From IMG/VR virus record IMGVR_UViG_3300050343_000159: a stretch of DNA of 64,000 bases. One strand, written 5' to 3'. This DNA comes from a virus (lineage: Duplodnaviria; Caudoviricetes). Position 1 is the stretch's first letter, and each line of letters starts with the position of its first letter. The notes under the pieces were generated by a model, which did no database searches, was not told the origin of the DNA, and saw nothing but the letters and a program-made list of their open reading frames with translations. Of this stretch, positions 29,825 through 39,316 are shown in pieces. Made by a program: the position numbers and the translations under genes.

Positions 29825-30418
29825 ATGAAGAAACTATTAACACCTTTACTAGCAACACTGTTGGTAGGATGTCAACAAGCCTCAACAGGAGCCAACTTGC
29901 CAGTTGATGTCACTGAAGACAATAACACAGCTGTACCTATTGAAGTTGTTCCACCAATCAAATGGACCTGTCCAACATGTACAGACAATGAAAAATATGT
30001 CCTCAAACAACTACAAGAAAAAACAAGAATCACAGATCGAAATGCCTTGGCAACGATCATGGGTAATATTAAACAAGAAAGTAAGTTCTATTCCAACATT
30101 TGCGAGGGAGGGACTAGAGTTCCTTACTCTGATTGTCATTGGGGTGGGTACGGACTCATTCAGTGGACCTCTACACAGCGTCATCTGGGGTTAGGATATT
30201 TCGCTAAAAAGTATGGATGTGATCCTAGCACTCTTGAGTGTCAGACACGTTATATGATTAACGAAAATATATTCCAACGGTACCTTCCTGAGTTTGAAGG
30301 TGGTGGACAAAGTATTGCTCAGTATATGGTTCCTTCCTACTACTGGTTAGGGTGGGGAATTAAGGGATCAAGAGAGACATATAGTCATCAATACAGATCA
30401 AAGCTAGTGAAGCCTTGA
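29825..30418 (+). CDS. Lipoprotein with phage-tail-lysozyme-like muralytic domain
   Basis: Lipobox LLVG-C; ATIMGNIKQESKF and GYGLIQWT motifs. Confidence 0.75.
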   Translation: MKKLLTPLLATLLVGCQQASTGANLPVDVTEDNNTAVPIEVVPPIKWTCPTCTDNEKYVLKQLQEKTRITDRNALATIMGNIKQESKFYSNICEGGTRVPYSDCHWGGYGLIQWTSTQRHLGLGYFAKKYGCDPSTLECQTRYMINENIFQRYLPEFEGGGQSIAQYMVPSYYWLGWGIKGSRETYSHQYRSKLVKP

Positions 30419-30443
30419 CAAGGGTAGGAACACCCTCTATAAT
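30415..30443 (+). promoter_or_regulatory. sigma70 promoter of the tRNA operon
   Basis: TTGACA 30415-30420, 17 nt, TATAAT 30438-30443. Confidence 0.85.
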
Positions 30444-30448
30444 ATAAG

Positions 30449-30511
30449 GGTTGAGAGATCAACTGCGGTGACCCCCTTGGTAGTTCAGGGTTAGCGGCGA
30501 TAGGAACTACC
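30449..30511 (+). ncRNA. Candidate structured RNA: GNRA hairpin plus H-type pseudoknot
   Basis: Hairpin 30449-30464; S1 30469-74/30488-93; S2 30479-86/30504-11 (8 WC pairs). Confidence 0.55.
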
Positions 30512-30515
30512 TCTT

Positions 30516-30588
30516 GGGTCAGTAGCTCAGTGGATAGAGCATCGCACTTCTAATGCGTTGGTCGGGGGTTCGAGTCCCTCCTGACCCG
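30516..30588 (+). tRNA. tRNA-Arg(TCT)
   Basis: Cloverleaf, AGCTCAG D-arm, TTCGAGTCC T-loop, CT-TCT-AA anticodon loop. Confidence 0.9.
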
Positions 30589-30592
30589 CCTC

Positions 30593-30666
30593 GCGGAATT
30601 AGTTTAGAGGCAAAACTAAAGGTTTCCAACCTTTCGTCACCGGTTCGATTCCGGTATTCCGCTCCA
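30593..30666 (+). tRNA. tRNA-Gly(TCC) with encoded CCA
   Basis: GCGGAAT/ATTCCGC acceptor stem, TT-TCC-AA loop, TTCGATTCC. Confidence 0.9.
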
Positions 30667-30667
30667 A

Positions 30668-30739
30668 TCCTCTATAGCTCAGTTGGTAGAGCTCGTGACT
30701 GTTAATTTCGCTGTCCTAGGTTCGAGTCCTAGTGGGGAG
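30668..30739 (+). tRNA. tRNA-Asn(GTT)
   Basis: TCCTCTA acceptor, CT-GTT-AA loop, GGTTCGAGTCC; weak anticodon stem may reflect sequence error. Confidence 0.85.
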
Positions 30740-30742
30740 TTA

Positions 30743-30814
30743 GCTCGAATAGCTCAGCGGTAGAGCACCTCCTTTACACGGAGATTGTCGGGGGTTCGAT
30801 CCCCTCTTCGAGCA
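30743..30814 (+). tRNA. tRNA-Val(TAC)
   Basis: GCTCGAA/TTCGAGC acceptor, TT-TAC-AC loop, GTTCGATCCC. Confidence 0.9.
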
Positions 30815-31044
30815 TTTGTATTTTCTATCATGCAACGATTGCCAGAGATCAAACCCGAACATTATGTTACTGAGAAACAGTGTCAGGAAATGATCGATAA
30901 AGCCATCGATAAACATAACAAAACAGCAACACTTATCAGTGCAAGTATCGGTCAGTGTTGTTGTTTTTCTATGCACAAGGGTTGCTAATTGTAATCGGTT
31001 TGTGGAAATAATATTGTAATAAATAAACCAACTACAACAGACTG

Positions 31045-31215
31045 ATGGAAGTTTTTTCTGTAGAAGAATTTCAAGAACGATGGGACGAACTAATAACTAG
31101 AGTGGAAAAGGGGGAGACGTTAGGAGTAGTGAATGAGAACGGGAATGCAGCTGTGATGGTTCCAGTTGATGATCCAGTATACAAGATGTATTGTGATCAC
31201 AACGAGGCCAGTTAA
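31045..31215 (+). CDS. Phd/YefM antitoxin-like small protein (not in the ORF track)
   Basis: MEVFSVEEFQERWDELITRVEKGETLGVVNENGNAAVMVP follows the Phd/YefM N-terminal pattern. Confidence 0.55.
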   Translation: MEVFSVEEFQERWDELITRVEKGETLGVVNENGNAAVMVPVDDPVYKMYCDHNEAS

Positions 31216-31283
31216 GTAACTGACCACTCACTTAACCCGACGGGGTTCGTTCCACTATAATATAAAAGTAATCAAACAGAACA

Positions 31284-31499
31284 ATGACTGTTACTTCGAA
31301 GTTTAAAAAGGATCTTCCTACTCTTCGCTCTGCTGCGAATGGTGAATTCTACCTTGATGTAAAGAATCCGAAACTTTTCAAAAAGGTTCGTAAGTACTAC
31401 GAGAACGATGGTGTTGAATTCTCAGGTGATCCACTGGATGACTATGATATTTTGATCGATTGTTTGAATGAAGACCTTGAAGTTGTTGAGGTTGGTTGA
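31284..31499 (+). CDS. Conserved cyanophage hypothetical protein
   Basis: 71-aa ORF; TATAAT-like element upstream. Confidence 0.6.
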   Translation: MTVTSKFKKDLPTLRSAANGEFYLDVKNPKLFKKVRKYYENDGVEFSGDPLDDYDILIDCLNEDLEVVEVG

Positions 31500-31977
31500 T
31501 GAAAGTTCTTAACGAACGTTTTCCCTATCGTTATGTTGAGTGTGGAACCCTAGAGAATGGGTTCCCTCTTTCGCATTCAGAAAGCCGACAGTTACACAAA
31601 ACGATATCGTGATATGTACCTCTGTGATAATGGAATGCAAATAGCATTGGCCATGGAAGATTTTGACTACACTAAATGGTTAGACCCTGAAGGCCTTTTA
31701 GGTTTGTTGAAAAGGGTATATTGAATCAATGGTAAACCTGATTATAGATTACAGGAGCAAGACTACTACAATCGTAGATGGTTTGATGTTTACCTGTTCG
31801 ACAACCAGGAACAATGTCTTTTAGCAATGGAAGATGTTGAGTATCCTAAGTGGTTGACAGGTAAACCCTGCTATATCAAAGACTCGGTAAGTCGTGTAAA
31901 CTAGCCCTGGTCGGGATTTGAGACTTAGTTATTACTCAACAATAAAAATAACTTGGCGCGGCATGTGTAACCCCATC

Positions 31978-32001
31978 AAAGAGACCTTCGGGTCTCTTTT
32001 T
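31978..32001 (+). terminator. Intrinsic terminator
   Basis: AAAGAGACC-TTCG-GGTCTCTTTTT. Confidence 0.85.
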
Positions 32002-32268
32002 AATGCATAAATATCAGCAGTTATTTTTAAACAATATGTCAGCAACAGGATCGGCAGCTAAGTCTGCTAGTGGGGCAGCAATGTCAAAGTATGATGTTGA
32101 AGTAGAGGCGAGACTGAAGGCACTTGAGAAAGCAGTTAAGGAACTGAAGAGCCATTCTCATGAATCTTCAGGTGGTGGTGGAGATACCCAAGCTCAACTA
32201 GATGATCTGGTTGAAAGGCTTGGTAGAAAGATGACCTTCTGATATAATAGAAACAACTACACTATAAC

Positions 32269-33321
32269 ATGGCACAATATATTAAAAAGGCACTTGTTCT
32301 AGGTGCTGGTGGATTCATTGGTTCTCATATGGTCAAGAGACTTAAGTCTGAAGGCTACTGGGTTCGTGGTGTTGATCTTAAAGCCCCTGAGTTCTCTAAA
32401 CTGAAGCAGATGAATTCGTTCATGGTGATTTGAGAGATGCATTTTGTAAAACGTTGTTTGAATATAAGGGAGACAGGGGAAACTTTCTATAACTCTGTTC
32501 CCTATCGATACATTCAATCCTTTGATGAGATTTATCAGTTTGCAGCTGATATGGGTGGAGCAGGGTTTGTATTCTCAGGTGAGAATGATGCAGATATCAT
32601 GCACAACTCTGTGAGTATCAACCTCAATGTTCTAGAAGAACAGAGAAAGAGAAACGAAGCTACTGGTAGAAATTATACCAAGATCTTCTACTCTGGATCT
32701 GCTTGCATGTATCCAGAACATAATCAATTAGATCCTGACAACCCAGATTGTAGTGAAGACTCAGCATACCCAGCAAACCCAGACTCCGAATACGGATGGG
32801 AGAAGCTCTTCTCCGAGCGTCTGTACTTTGCTTATCATCGTAATCACGGCATCCCTGTTCGGGTTACTCGATATCATAACATCTTCGGACCAGAAGGAAC
32901 CTGGGATGGTGGTAGAGAGAAAGCCCCAGCAGCCATCTGTAGAAAGGTAGCACAACTACCTCCTGTTGGTGGTCACATTGAAGTGTGGGGTGATGGTGAA
33001 CAGACACGTTCATTCCTTTATATTGATGAGTGTATTGAAGCCTCCCGTCGTTTGATGGATAGTGAATTTATTGGTCCTGTGAATATTGGTTCAGAGGAAA
33101 TGGTAACTATCAATCAACTAACTGATATCGCTTCTAAGGTAGCAGGTAAACCTATTAAGAGAAATCATAAAATGGATGCACCTCTTGGTGTTCGTGGTAG
33201 GAATAGTAACAATGATGTAGTCCGTCGTGAGTTAGGATGGGACTACGAACAACCCCTTGAAGAAGGGATTCGTAAAACTTATGAATGGATTGAGGCAAGA
33301 GTCAATGAACAGAATCAATGA
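32269..33321 (+). CDS. NAD-dependent nucleotide-sugar epimerase (GDP-mannose 3,5-epimerase-like; frameshifts ~32400-32470)
   Basis: GAGGFIGSH at 32300; AADMGG, SGSACMYP, YGWEK, RYHNIFGP, WGDGEQTRSF. Confidence 0.88.
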
Positions 33322-34051
33322 TTATAATCAACTCAAGGATGATATTTCTTCTTGGTTGAGTGAATATAAAGATACAAGTTCATCTGAATGTTTTGTAGTT
33401 GGTGTGTCTGGTGGTATTGATTCTGCCGTATCATCAACTCTAGCAGCTGAAACTGGATACCCTGTGTATGCTATAGGGATGCCTATTCATCAAAATGAAC
33501 AACAGAAAGAACTTTCTGAGACACATCTTGATTGGTTGGAAAGGATTTATCCAAATGTGGTTGTATTGAGATATGATCTCACTAATACATTTGAATCTTT
33601 TCGTTATACTATTGGTGTTGACAGTACCAATGTGGACAATCATTCCTTAGCGAATACACGTTCACGACTTCGTATGGTTACTCTGTATCAGATTGCGGGA
33701 AGACATAAAGGTCTTGTGGTTGGAACTGGTAACAAAGTCGAAGATTATGGTGTAGGATTCTACACTAAATATGGTGACGGCGGGGTGGATGTTGCACCTA
33801 TCGCTGATCTTTATAAGACTGAAGTATGGGAACTTGGTAAATTCTTGGGAGTTGACTCAAGGATTGTTGAAGCTAAACCAACTGACGGATTATGGGATGA
33901 TGGACGAACAGATGAGGATCAACTTGGTGCCTCCTATGCTGAACTAGAAGAAGCAATGGAGACTGGTAGTGGTCCTGGTTTGGAAGTTCTACAAAGGTTC
34001 AATAAAATGAACCAACACAAGATGCAACCTATTCCTACATTTACACTATGA
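33257..34051 (+). CDS. nadE: NH3-dependent NAD+ synthetase (start probably 33305)
   Basis: GVSGGIDSAV, NTRSRLRM, GTGNKVE, GFYTKYGDG, PTDGLW, TDEDQLG. Confidence 0.92.
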   Translation: MKKGFVKLMNGLRQESMNRINDYNQLKDDISSWLSEYKDTSSSECFVVGVSGGIDSAVSSTLAAETGYPVYAIGMPIHQNEQQKELSETHLDWLERIYPNVVVLRYDLTNTFESFRYTIGVDSTNVDNHSLANTRSRLRMVTLYQIAGRHKGLVVGTGNKVEDYGVGFYTKYGDGGVDVAPIADLYKTEVWELGKFLGVDSRIVEAKPTDGLWDDGRTDEDQLGASYAELEEAMETGSGPGLEVLQRFNKMNQHKMQPIPTFTL

Positions 34052-35202
34052 AAATTGGAGTTATTGGAGCAGGCAGATTAGGTATCTGTTTTGCCCTTCT
34101 TTGTGAACAAGCTGGTTATGATGTTCTAGTATCAGATATCCGTGAGGATTATGTAAACGATCTGAACCAGAAGAAGATCACAACTAATGAACCTGAAGTA
34201 GAAGATCTACTCAGAGTATCAAGAAACTTTAGAGCTACGACTAACAACAAAGAAGTAATTGATGAGTGTGATCTCATCTATACTCTTGTGCAAACTCCAT
34301 CTAATGATGATGGATCATATGATGTATCAGCTGTCTGGCAGGTTGTAGAAGAATTTAGTGATGTAAAGAAGAGAAAGTATCTTGTGATTGGTTGCACTAC
34401 CAACCCTGGTGATTGTGATCAGTTTACTTCACAACTTCCTAGTAATGTGAAGGTACTCTATAATCCTGAGTTTATTGCACAGGGTAGTATTGTGAGTGAT
34501 CTTAAGAAGGCCGATATGGTTCTTCTTGGTATTGATCAAACTATGGAGAACGATACAACCGTAAAGGATATCAATAATCTCTACAAGAAGATTCAAATCA
34601 ACAGAGCAATTGTTTGTACTATGAGTACAAAGTCTGCAGAGATTACTAAGATTGCAGTCAATTGTTTCCTTACAACCAAGATTAGTTACGCCAATATGTT
34701 AGGTGATGTCCTTCATATGGCAGGATGTGGTGATGAGGTTACTGCAGTCCTAAGTGCTGTTGGATGTGATAGTCGTATCGGTAAGAAGTATCTTGGTTGG
34801 GGTGTAGGTTATGGTGGTCCTTGTCTTCCTAGAGATAACAGAGCCTTCGCACACTTCGCTAAGGGTGTAGGACTGGAGTATAACCTAGGTTATGTTACAG
34901 ATGGTTTCAATAACGAACACGCGAAGATCGTATGTGATTATTGGGATACAATGAACTCACATAAACTCCCATACTACTTTGAGTATATTACCTACAAGAA
35001 GGGAACAGATATTCTTACAGAGAGTCAACAGTATCGTTTGGCTCTAGACCTCCTAGAGAGAGGACACAAGGTCTATATTCAGAATGACAGAAGGGTCACA
35101 CCTCAAGTGTCTGAATACCTTGACAAAACCTATGGTGATATGGTAAGATTCGTGGACAACAAGTTCAACATCACTGAAGACATCTTTATTGTAAACTTAT
35201 GA
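34048..35202 (+). CDS. UDP-glucose/GDP-mannose dehydrogenase family protein
   Basis: GVIGAGRLG, YNPEFI, AEITKIAVN, GYGGPCLPRD. Confidence 0.88.
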   Translation: MKIGVIGAGRLGICFALLCEQAGYDVLVSDIREDYVNDLNQKKITTNEPEVEDLLRVSRNFRATTNNKEVIDECDLIYTLVQTPSNDDGSYDVSAVWQVVEEFSDVKKRKYLVIGCTTNPGDCDQFTSQLPSNVKVLYNPEFIAQGSIVSDLKKADMVLLGIDQTMENDTTVKDINNLYKKIQINRAIVCTMSTKSAEITKIAVNCFLTTKISYANMLGDVLHMAGCGDEVTAVLSAVGCDSRIGKKYLGWGVGYGGPCLPRDNRAFAHFAKGVGLEYNLGYVTDGFNNEHAKIVCDYWDTMNSHKLPYYFEYITYKKGTDILTESQQYRLALDLLERGHKVYIQNDRRVTPQVSEYLDKTYGDMVRFVDNKFNITEDIFIVNL

Positions 35203-36107
35203 TTGGATATGATCGCCTAGGAACGAATGGTCGTTTCGGTAACCAACTCTTTCAGTATGCAGCACTGAGAGGTATTGCATCAAAACATGGGTATGATTGG
35301 TGTATTCCTCCTGATAGTCATGACACCTATGCTAACTATGGGATGCATCATCCCTTTGAGTTGGTTGGACTGAAACCAGACAACATTGGATTTGTGAATG
35401 AGAATGTCTCACCACAATCTATGTTCTCTTTCCAGGCTCTTAAGGAAACTAATCCTAATACTAAGAATGTAACTGAGGGTGCTTATTGTTTTGATGAAGA
35501 ACTATTCAATAACTTTGAGGACGGAACAAACCTAGATGGTTATCTTCAGACTGAAAAGTATTTCAAACACATCGAACATGAGATTCGTGCAGACTTCGCA
35601 TTCAAGCCAGAGATTCTAGAACCTTGTAATGACTTTATCAGTAATTTTGAGAACATTAATTTTCTCCATGTTCGTCGCGGAGATAATGTGGGTCGTGAAG
35701 ATTATTATCGGATGATGACCTTTGACTACTACACAAGAGCTCTGGAACTATTTCCTGACTCTCATGTGTTGGTATGTTCTGATGATCCTCAGTGGTGTTC
35801 TGAACAAGAGTTCTTTGATGATGAAAGGTTCTTGATTAATACTGATGTTCCTGAGTATGACCATATGTGCCTAGAAGGTGATGGTGGTCGTCGTCGTTCT
35901 AAGGTTCCTTATACTGACCTGTGTCTAATGTCTCTATGTAATGGAGCTATTCTCTCTTCCTCCTCTCTGGGTTGGTGGGGAGCCTGGTTGCAGAAGGGTA
36001 GGACTAACCCCGTAGTGGCTCCTGAACACTGGTATGGACCTGTCCTAGAGGCTGTCAATGATTGTAAAGACCTCTACCCTGACGAGTGGACCGTTATCCC
36101 TAACTAA
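35199..36107 (+). CDS. GT11 alpha-1,2-fucosyltransferase-like protein
   Basis: GRFGNQLFQYA, GYLQTEKYF, HVRRGD, SDD, SSLGWWGAWL. Confidence 0.88.
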   Translation: MIGYDRLGTNGRFGNQLFQYAALRGIASKHGYDWCIPPDSHDTYANYGMHHPFELVGLKPDNIGFVNENVSPQSMFSFQALKETNPNTKNVTEGAYCFDEELFNNFEDGTNLDGYLQTEKYFKHIEHEIRADFAFKPEILEPCNDFISNFENINFLHVRRGDNVGREDYYRMMTFDYYTRALELFPDSHVLVCSDDPQWCSEQEFFDDERFLINTDVPEYDHMCLEGDGGRRRSKVPYTDLCLMSLCNGAILSSSSLGWWGAWLQKGRTNPVVAPEHWYGPVLEAVNDCKDLYPDEWTVIPN

Positions 36108-36108
36108 T

Positions 36109-36930
36109 ATGAGACACGATCTTAAAGACACCACTTTCATCATTCCCATTTGTATCGAATCAGAAGATCGAATGAGGAATGTGATCACTACATTGTGTTA
36201 TCTCCTTGAGAACTTTGATACAAAGGTTATCCTCAAGGAGGTTGACACTGAATCAGTATTTCAACAACAGTGTCTCCCTCAGATCTCTGAGTATGTGGAG
36301 GATGGGATTGAGAACTTAACTCATATCTTTGAGAAGAGTGATCCTGCTGACAATATGTTCTATCGTATGAGATATCTCAATGAGATGTTGAGTATGTGTG
36401 AAACAGAGGTAGTTGCTAACTATGATTGCGATGTTTTACTACCTATTAATACATACCTAGAAGCACAAAAGTTTATTACTGAAGGAGGTTATGATGTCAT
36501 CTATCCTTATGGACAGGGACCATGGCAAAAGAAAGTATATGCTACCGATGAAATGGTATCTAAATTTCTATCTAACGACTGTAAGTTCTCACATCTAGAG
36601 AAGAAGGTAGAGATTGATAATGCAGAGAGTGGCCACGCACAGTTCATTCGTAGGTCAACATACATTGAAGCTGGTATGGAGAATGAAAACTTCATCTCAT
36701 ACTCACCAGAAGATAAGGAGAGACTTCATAGGTTCAATATCCTTGGATACAATGTAGGTAGGATTGAGAACTGGGTGTATCACCTAGAACATATGAGAAC
36801 TCATAACTCATGGTTAAATAATCCACACATGCAAAACAACTTTGCCTTGTGGGAGTTTCTCAAACCTTTGAGTGAAGAAGAACTTAGGCAATACTACAAA
36901 GAACAGAAGTATCTCAAGAAGTATACATGA
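36109..36930 (+). CDS. GT-A fold glycosyltransferase (GT2/GT7-like)
   Basis: FIIPI, NYDCDVLL, GMENENF...EDKE, YHLEH. Confidence 0.7.
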   Translation: MRHDLKDTTFIIPICIESEDRMRNVITTLCYLLENFDTKVILKEVDTESVFQQQCLPQISEYVEDGIENLTHIFEKSDPADNMFYRMRYLNEMLSMCETEVVANYDCDVLLPINTYLEAQKFITEGGYDVIYPYGQGPWQKKVYATDEMVSKFLSNDCKFSHLEKKVEIDNAESGHAQFIRRSTYIEAGMENENFISYSPEDKERLHRFNILGYNVGRIENWVYHLEHMRTHNSWLNNPHMQNNFALWEFLKPLSEEELRQYYKEQKYLKKYT

Positions 36931-37733
36931 TTGGTTTTAACTACCTAGGAAAACTAGGACAACTTGGTAATCAGATGTTCCAGTATGCATCACTCATTGG
37001 TGTTGCAGATAAGATTGGAACATCTTTTTGTATCCCACATCATCATGAAGTGATGGTTGACAACCTGGGAAATAGACTTAGGATAGAGTTGTTTGATGCA
37101 TTTGATATCAAACCAGATAGGGTTGGATTTATTCCTACTGATAAGAACTATCAAGAAGGAGAGTTCACTTTTGAAGAGGGAGCATTTCAGATTGACACTG
37201 AACATGACACATGTCTGATTGGTTTCTTTCAAACCGACAGATACTTTAGACACATTCAAGATCGTATCAGATCAGAGTTTACATTCAAGAATGAAATTAA
37301 AGAGGAGTGTCAGGATATCGTGGATTGTTTTGACAATCCTGTTGCTTTGCATATTCGTAGAGGTGATTATCTCATTAATAGTGGTAATCATCACAACCTT
37401 TCTGATGATTATTATGAACATGCATTGAAAGAGTTTGACGAAGATCGACAGGTTGTCATCTTTACTGATGACCCTGAGTGGGCATTGAACAACCCTCTCT
37501 TTGGAAGTGATAGATTCATCGTATCAGAAGGTAATGGTCCTTATCATGACCTGTATATGATGACACAGTGTAGTGATTTTATTATCTCTAACTCTACATT
37601 CTCATGGTGGGGAGCTTGGTTGGCTGACAAAGGTAAGGTGGTAGCACCCGAGACTTGGTTTGGTCCTAACAACTCAGATAAATCTACAAGGGATTTGTAT
37701 CCCGAACATTGGACAATTATTCCTCAATCATAA
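36927..37733 (+). CDS. Second GT11 fucosyltransferase-like protein
   Basis: GQLGNQMFQYA, HIRRGDY, STFSWWGAWL. Confidence 0.88.
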   Translation: MIGFNYLGKLGQLGNQMFQYASLIGVADKIGTSFCIPHHHEVMVDNLGNRLRIELFDAFDIKPDRVGFIPTDKNYQEGEFTFEEGAFQIDTEHDTCLIGFFQTDRYFRHIQDRIRSEFTFKNEIKEECQDIVDCFDNPVALHIRRGDYLINSGNHHNLSDDYYEHALKEFDEDRQVVIFTDDPEWALNNPLFGSDRFIVSEGNGPYHDLYMMTQCSDFIISNSTFSWWGAWLADKGKVVAPETWFGPNNSDKSTRDLYPEHWTIIPQS

Positions 37734-39316
37734 TGACTTGGAACTTACTTACAGTATCATTTGGTAATAATAAGTATAGGAGAGGACAATCTTTTCTAAA
37801 CAAACTATCAAAACAGTTAGGTGTAAATCACTTTGCTGTTGATGAGGAGTCACTTTTTAACTCCGAGATCTACAAAGAGAATGAGGAGTGGTTCTCGAAG
37901 AAAAATAACTATGGTCACTTTGCTTGGAAACCATACTTTCTCCTACAGACTATGGAGAAGTTAGAAGAGGGTGATAAGATTCTAGCACTAGATGCTCTTG
38001 ATATCTTTCATCCTGAAATCTTTAAAGCTGTCGATGATATCTGGGAGGGTGACCCATGTCTCCTTCCATTAGGTAATTCAGTTCAAGGTGAATACACTAA
38101 GAGAGATTGTTTTCATTACATGGATTGTGATGAAGAGGATTACTGGGAGTCTAAACAACTCGAAGCTGGTTTTACATTCTGGAAAGTGTGTGATGAGTCA
38201 AAGAAGATTCTGAAAGACTGGTTGAAGTGGTGTCTAGATGAAAGAACTAATGGTGAAGTTACTACATTCTCTGGTAAGGGAGAGTTGGATGGATTCGAAG
38301 AGGTTCGTCATGATCAAAGTATCCTTACTAACATTGCTATTCGTGATGGACTCCCAGTAGTTGGTAGTGACATTCGTAACTTTATTGAGTGTAATGCTGA
38401 CTACTGGTATGAGAGATACAACAAAGGAATTGTTTCTCTCTATCGTCCTATTGATCAGTTCCTTGTAAGTATCAAAGACCAGGTTGATTATATAAAACCA
38501 GAACCAGTCGATAGTTTGATCCTTACAGTCCATAATCAAGAAGATATCATTGAGGATGTATTGAAAGGTATTGAGGATAATACTGATGGTAACTATGAGT
38601 TGATTGTAGTTGTGGATGGTTGCACTGATAAATCAGAAAAAGTCATCACAGACTATTTGAAAAACTCTGAGATTACTAATTCTGTAATCAATACACCAGA
38701 TGTATTTGAGACAAAGGCAAACAACGCTGGTCTCAAATTGGCTCAAGGTAAATATGTAACTATCATCCAAGATGATATGGTCATTCGTGAGAAGGGTTGG
38801 AATACTCGTATGAGGAAACCCTTTGAAGCGTTTGATGATGTGTTTGCTGTGACTGCTAGAACTGCACACAACTATAAGTTCAATCCAAACTCCACACATC
38901 TTGGAATGGAGGAAGACTTGGATAACTGTTGGTGTGATATTGTAGATCCATGTGACGAAGCAAATCAATCAAACATTGATAGAAACACATTTGCTGTAAG
39001 AGGTACAGTAAATCGTGGTCCTCTGATGATCAATAGTGAGGATCTTAGAAAGATGAATTACTTTGATGAGGAGTTCTCACCACAGGATATGGATGATCAT
39101 GATCTCATGTTCCGTATGAGAAAGAAACTCAATAAGGTTGTTGGTTGTTATTGGATTGATTTTGTATCAGATCCAAGTTGGGGTGGAACTCGTAAGGAGA
39201 CTGGAGAACCAGCACCATGGTTGTATAAATCACAACACAAAAACAGTAAAATATTCTACAAGAGAAACAAAGATAATCTTGAGAGAATCATTATTAACAG
39301 GGAGTTACCAGAATGA
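37733..39316 (+). CDS. Two-domain glycosyltransferase (N-terminal GT-like domain plus GT2)
   Basis: HFAWKPY...HDQSILT, then LTVHNQ..VVVDGCTD..IIQDD..FDEEF. Confidence 0.75.
   Translation: MTWNLLTVSFGNNKYRRGQSFLNKLSKQLGVNHFAVDEESLFNSEIYKENEEWFSKKNNYGHFAWKPYFLLQTMEKLEEGDKILALDALDIFHPEIFKAVDDIWEGDPCLLPLGNSVQGEYTKRDCFHYMDCDEEDYWESKQLEAGFTFWKVCDESKKILKDWLKWCLDERTNGEVTTFSGKGELDGFEEVRHDQSILTNIAIRDGLPVVGSDIRNFIECNADYWYERYNKGIVSLYRPIDQFLVSIKDQVDYIKPEPVDSLILTVHNQEDIIEDVLKGIEDNTDGNYELIVVVDGCTDKSEKVITDYLKNSEITNSVINTPDVFETKANNAGLKLAQGKYVTIIQDDMVIREKGWNTRMRKPFEAFDDVFAVTARTAHNYKFNPNSTHLGMEEDLDNCWCDIVDPCDEANQSNIDRNTFAVRGTVNRGPLMINSEDLRKMNYFDEEFSPQDMDDHDLMFRMRKKLNKVVGCYWIDFVSDPSWGGTRKETGEPAPWLYKSQHKNSKIFYKRNKDNLERIIINRELPE

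Noticed and set aside
30421-30448. preQ1-I-like string (ACACCCTCTATAATATAA)
   Set aside because: It coincides with the promoter spacer and -10 box, so it would not be transcribed, and it lacks the 5' AGAGGUUCUAG half
30449-30515. HDV-like (theta) ribozyme next to the tRNAs
   Set aside because: It lies 5' of the tRNA and lacks the nested P3/L3 and P4-J4/2 elements; only a simple H-type pseudoknot can be drawn
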